From IMG/VR virus record IMGVR_UViG_3300032305_002231, positions 1 through 48,386 of that record: 48,386 nucleotides of DNA. One strand, given 5' to 3'. This document shows, piece by piece, positions 45,276-48,386 of the stretch. The notes below the pieces were generated by a model, which saw only the letters and a list, made by a program, of their open reading frames with translations, had not been told where the DNA came from and did no database searches. Source of the DNA: a virus (Duplodnaviria; Caudoviricetes). Position numbers and translations under genes: made by a program. The first letter of the stretch is position 1. The number at the start of each line of letters is the position of its first letter.

Positions 45276-46001
45276 TCACTCAGCCGCTTGAGTCAAGCCC
45301 TCATATGAAATATTTTTCGTTTTTACTTTAACATGTTCATATGTGTTATTTTGCAACATGTTGGTCTTTTCTGGAAGGTTCATAAGCTTAAAATCGGAAA
45401 ATAACCATTTTGTCTTATAAGAAACAATACCAGTAGTAACACAAGTAATTTCATCATTCATATCAGGTTCACGGAATGACAAATAATCATTGGCAAGACT
45501 ATAAAGGTCTTCTTTGTTAACTGAACATACAACAAAGTTAACACCTGCAACTTCAAGTGTTGTATAAACAGAACCAATTTCAAAAGCCATATGAGCAAGT
45601 TGTACTGCCTGATATGATGGTGTCATATCATCTCTAACAAAGAAATAAACATATTTTGCATGTTCAATTTCTTCACCAAAAAGGGAATCTCTAATCTCTG
45701 TTAAAATACGGAAAAACTGTTCTATTTCCCATTCATTTTCAAGACACTCTTCCATAACAGAAGGTTGAAGAGTGAACTGAGTTGCTTTCTTTAGCCCTGC
45801 ATATGGTGACATACCATTTTCAAGCTTAATTTTATTACTGATCTTGGTAAACATTGTTTCAAGAATGTTCAAAGCAATTTCAGTTTTACTTTCATTGGAT
45901 TTAGCAGTCATGGCTTTCATAATAGCCAGAGAAACGTAATCTTGTGCGGTGTCAAGATTGTTGTGTACTATATTTTTAAATTCTTTACGGAAATCTTTCA
46001 T
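45276..46001 (-). CDS. Pth2-like peptidyl-tRNA hydrolase domain protein with an N-terminal extension
   Basis: YVYFFVRDDM...QAVQLAH, FVVCSV, FREPDMN..ITC; AAGGAG RBS at 46009-46014. Confidence 0.7.
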   Translation of the reverse strand: MKDFRKEFKNIVHNNLDTAQDYVSLAIMKAMTAKSNESKTEIALNILETMFTKISNKIKLENGMSPYAGLKKATQFTLQPSVMEECLENEWEIEQFFRILTEIRDSLFGEEIEHAKYVYFFVRDDMTPSYQAVQLAHMAFEIGSVYTTLEVAGVNFVVCSVNKEDLYSLANDYLSFREPDMNDEITCVTTGIVSYKTKWLFSDFKLMNLPEKTNMLQNNTYEHVKVKTKNISYEGLTQAAE

Positions 46002-46025
46002 TTTATTACTCCTTTAAACAATAAT

Positions 46026-46082
46026 TTAAGTGTATTCTTTATTCAAAAGAATTTCAATAGGAGGACCACGGGCATTCTACAT
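46026..46082 (-). CDS. leader minigene M-amber-NARGPPIEILLNKEYT
   Basis: AAAGGT RBS, 6 nt, then ATG TAG AAT GCC CGT GGT CCT CCT ATT GAA ... ACT TAA. Confidence 0.6.
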
Positions 46083-46100
46083 ATTTTTACCTTTCAAACT

Positions 46101-46174
46101 TGGTGATTCTGGTAAGAATTGCACTTACATAAATGTATTTAGAGTACACCGCATTTCTGTTATGCTACAGAACC
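46101..46174 (-). tRNA. amber suppressor tRNA (anticodon CUA)
   Basis: GGTTCTG-TA-GCAT-AACAGAA-ATGC-G-GTGTA-CTCTAAA-TACAT-TTAT-GTAAG-TGCAATT-CTTAC-CAGAATC-A-CCA; all four stems pair. Confidence 0.85.
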
Positions 46175-46444
46175 AAAATATTCATTAAACAATTTAATAT
46201 CAGTATTTTCATATGTCAAAGCACAAGGCTGAATACAAGCATTACAAATATTTTTATTATTATCAAACCAACGACAATAAACACGTTCAATTTGAGTTGT
46301 TGGAACAGAAGTATTATATAACCATCCGGGAATTTCTTTTGTTCCATATTCAATATCTGAAATAGTCATGGCAGGACCACCACTCTTCAAATAAACAATA
46401 TCTCCTCTTTTAAAAGCATAGTTAATCATTGTGATATCCTGCAT
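46160..46444 (-). CDS. YodC/DUF2158-family protein
   Basis: FK.GD.V.LKSGGP.MT....C.WF; last codons overlap the tRNA 5' end. Confidence 0.8.
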   Translation of the reverse strand: MQDITMINYAFKRGDIVYLKSGGPAMTISDIEYGTKEIPGWLYNTSVPTTQIERVYCRWFDNNKNICNACIQPCALTYENTDIKLFNEYFGSVA

Positions 46445-46640
46445 TAATAATTTTTGTTGCTAAAGTTAAAGCTTTGTTACGTCTTTCTGCCCAATAAACA
46501 TTTTTTGGTAAATGAAAATCTTTACCAACTTCTTCCACATACAATTGTACTTGAAAAGCATGTGAATCAATAATTCTTGCCAAAGCTTCAATTTTTTTAT
46601 CTTTGACAATAAATCTATCATCATCGTGTGTAATATTCAT
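46422..46640 (-). CDS. small hypothetical protein
   Basis: ORF track 46422..46652; probable start MNITHD. Confidence 0.55.
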   Translation of the reverse strand: MNITHDDDRFIVKDKKIEALARIIDSHAFQVQLYVEEVGKDFHLPKNVYWAERRNKALTLATKIINAGYHND

Positions 46641-46642
46641 AT

Positions 46643-47008
46643 CTAATCCCATAAATTTCTAAAATATTTACCAAAAAGATCAAGTCCTTCTTGAATTTTG
46701 GCATGATATGCATCATATTCTTCTTTAGAATGTAGATAATCAGGTTCCTCTTCATTCCAATTAACAATTTGTCCAAAAGCCCAAATCATTTTATCTAGAA
46801 TTACTTGCCATTCCTCCAATGTGACATGTGAAGGATGACCATTAAGCATTTCTTTAAATTTAAGAAGAGATGGATGAATGACCAAAGAAAGAGTGTGGTC
46901 AAGATTCCACATATCATGTTCTTCAATTACAACAGAAAGTTCTCTTTTTTCTTCTTCAAGATTTGTATATTTGCCAATTTTAACTTCCATGATTAAGCTG
47001 CCTTCCAT
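46643..47008 (-). CDS. conserved phage hypothetical protein (D.W..D.TL..I.P.L...W..ILDKMIWAF...GL.LFGKY...LWD)
   Basis: Recognisable motif set. Confidence 0.75.
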   Translation of the reverse strand: MEGSLIMEVKIGKYTNLEEEKRELSVVIEEHDMWNLDHTLSLVIHPSLLKFKEMLNGHPSHVTLEEWQVILDKMIWAFGQIVNWNEEEPDYLHSKEEYDAYHAKIQEGLDLFGKYFRNLWD

Positions 47009-47196
47009 CCATCGTTTGCAAGTTCTTCTTCAAAAACACTCAAAGCCTTCTTGGCTAGAATAAGAGACTGAGAATTTTTACGTGACCCTTCAAACTGAAG
47101 GATACGTCCACCACCATACACGGTATCATAATAGATTTCAATAGTCTTTTCTGGAAATTTGGAATTATTGTATGTCTTTGGCTTCTTCATAAACAT
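46993..47196 (-). CDS. small hypothetical protein
   Basis: AAGGAG RBS, 67 aa. Confidence 0.6.
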   Translation of the reverse strand: MFMKKPKTYNNSKFPEKTIEIYYDTVYGGGRILQFEGSRKNSQSLILAKKALSVFEEELANDGWKAA

Positions 47197-47227
47197 TCTC
47201 CTTTTCCTTTAGTTTGAGGTGAAGATG

Positions 47228-47716
47228 TTATATACTATTAAAACCCTTGGATGCAATCCTTTTTATGAAGTTTGGTGTTTTTTTTGAAACCCATTTTGAA
47301 ACGTCATGTAACATGTTAGCTGTATCTGATTTGCTTCTTCTGGTACGTCCACCACCTGATCTAAAAGTGTGTCCTCTAAAAGGTCTAGGATTTGAAGATG
47401 AACCTAGAATTCTATTTACATGGGCTGTTGTGTTTGGTTCTGCAGAATATGTTGATTTTCTATCTACTTGAGTAAAACTTCCTAAACCTCTTACAGATTG
47501 TGTTTTTCTTTCAAAAGCGCCTCTTTGACTTGATCCAATTCTATCAGTTACAGAAGAATTTGGCATTGTTCTTCCAGTAGATGTAGTAGGACCACCTTTA
47601 TCAGACAAAGTTATTCTCATACCACCAGAATTAGGAGGAGCCTTAAAATGTTTCATAGCTTCCAAGAGTTGTCTTGGCTTCATGTTTTTAACGTATTCCA
47701 AAGATGGGGGAAGCAT
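47228..47716 (-). CDS. very basic Arg/Ser/Gly-rich protein, candidate internal head protein
   Basis: GAGGT RBS; ATAAATA upstream near 47750; LLE motif near the N-terminus. Confidence 0.55.
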   Translation of the reverse strand: MLPPSLEYVKNMKPRQLLEAMKHFKAPPNSGGMRITLSDKGGPTTSTGRTMPNSSVTDRIGSSQRGAFERKTQSVRGLGSFTQVDRKSTYSAEPNTTAHVNRILGSSSNPRPFRGHTFRSGGGRTRRSKSDTANMLHDVSKWVSKKTPNFIKRIASKGFNSI

Positions 47717-47754
47717 TTTATACCTCTATATGAATGGCATTCAAGTATATTTAT

Positions 47755-48282
47755 TTATGCTTTCAAATGTTTTTTGTGTATTTTACACTGAATCCATGTG
47801 TTATAAGACATTTTATCATAAAGAACGTTGTTGTTGAATTGATATTTTGCTTCAAAATAAGACAACTCACCTTTTGATTTACATAATTTTAAAATATGTC
47901 TGGTGAAATTATGTTTTCCATGTTTTTTTACGTCTTCAAGCAATTCAGCAGAGGAACCATAATATTCTTTCCAAGTAGATTCCTTTCGTATTTTTTTTCT
48001 TTTGCCTTTAACCTGTTTATAACCAGCTTTAGTAAACAGTTTCTTACCAATATAATACTTGCTATCAACTTTATTTTGAATTTCGTAAACGAAACCAACA
48101 ATTTCTTTATCTAAAAAGGAAACAGAATCAAAAGGCACATATTCAGGAGTAACAGAAGATAATTCACCATCAACAATATCTGCACTCAATGCTGTTGGGT
48201 GCAAATTATAAGGTATCATCCAAGGTTCAGATTTTTCATTCTTCTTCTGTGTCTTCTTCATGCTCATACTCCATAGCGTCAT
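47755..48282 (-). CDS. GIY-YIG (Seg-like) endonuclease, catalytic domain only; start uncertain
   Basis: GFVYEI.N.....YIGKK, ES.WK.YYGSS, G...F.R.IL..C..KG..SY.E..YQF, YN.WI. Confidence 0.8.
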   Translation of the reverse strand: MTLWSMSMKKTQKKNEKSEPWMIPYNLHPTALSADIVDGELSSVTPEYVPFDSVSFLDKEIVGFVYEIQNKVDSKYYIGKKLFTKAGYKQVKGKRKKIRKESTWKEYYGSSAELLEDVKKHGKHNFTRHILKLCKSKGELSYFEAKYQFNNNVLYDKMSYNTWIQCKIHKKHLKA

Positions 48283-48386
48283 TAGATTCTAAATCTATTC
48301 CACAAAATGGGCAGAAGCATGGAACACCATATATATCTTCATTACCGTCAGGCCACTTTATTTTAAACTCTGCTTCACAATTAAAG
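48236..48386 (-). CDS. partial Zn-ribbon protein with an acidic tail
   Basis: ...FNCEAEFKI...FCPFCG...EEDTEEE*; 5' end lies outside the window. Confidence 0.65.
   Translation of the reverse strand, partial: FNCEAEFKIKWPDGNEDIYGVPCFCPFCGIDLESNDAMEYEHEEDTEEE

Noticed and set aside
46101-46174. tRNA-Pyl (pyrrolysine)
   Set aside because: It shares the CUCUAAA loop and missing GG/TTC motifs, but has a 2-nt acceptor-D connector, a 7-nt D-loop and A73, and no pyl genes are in the window. Unlikely, though not fully excluded.
47755-48282. ORF-track N-terminus (MTLWSMS...) of the last GIY-YIG
   Set aside because: It overlaps the acidic tail of the upstream Zn-ribbon gene; the true start is probably downstream but cannot be fixed from sequence alone.
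1-48386. Genome-wide TAG recoding suggested by the CUA tRNA
   Set aside because: Long conserved genes (gp6, gp7, rnh, phoH) are intact in the standard code, coding density is high, and several ORFs end at TAG.

Overview
This is an AT-rich segment of a large T4-like myovirus genome (cyanophage/alphaproteobacterial-phage-like gene set). It holds the baseplate/tail-initiation cluster (gp7, gp6, gp25, PAAR gp5.4, gp5, hub protein, gp53, gp48, gp4, gp2, gp54, gp26, gp51 and a tape-measure-like protein with lytic domains). It also has RNase H, PhoH, an exonuclease, a glycosyltransferase, an AAA ATPase, one HNH and three GIY-YIG endonucleases, tRNA genes and many small early ORFs. Standout observations: (1) a compact minus-strand cassette of an amber-suppressor tRNA(CUA), then an unannotated leader minigene ATG-TAG-N-A-R-G-P-P whose Pro-Pro codons can pair with the next Shine-Dalgarno, then a Pth2-like peptidyl-tRNA hydrolase gene, suggesting a suppression-gated translational switch; (2) several large His/Lys-rich ORFs among structural genes that look like capsid-internal polyproteins punctuated by [L/I/M]-x-E prohead-protease sites, with cargo modules including a GNAT domain and a GreA/Rnk-like domain; (3) a start-less gp51 ORF most simply reached by a -1 frameshift from gp26; (4) an unannotated ArfA-like micro-protein; (5) a split/chimeric tRNA locus around an HNH gene with an RBS-occluding hairpin. 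All family calls come from motif recognition by eye, with no database searches.
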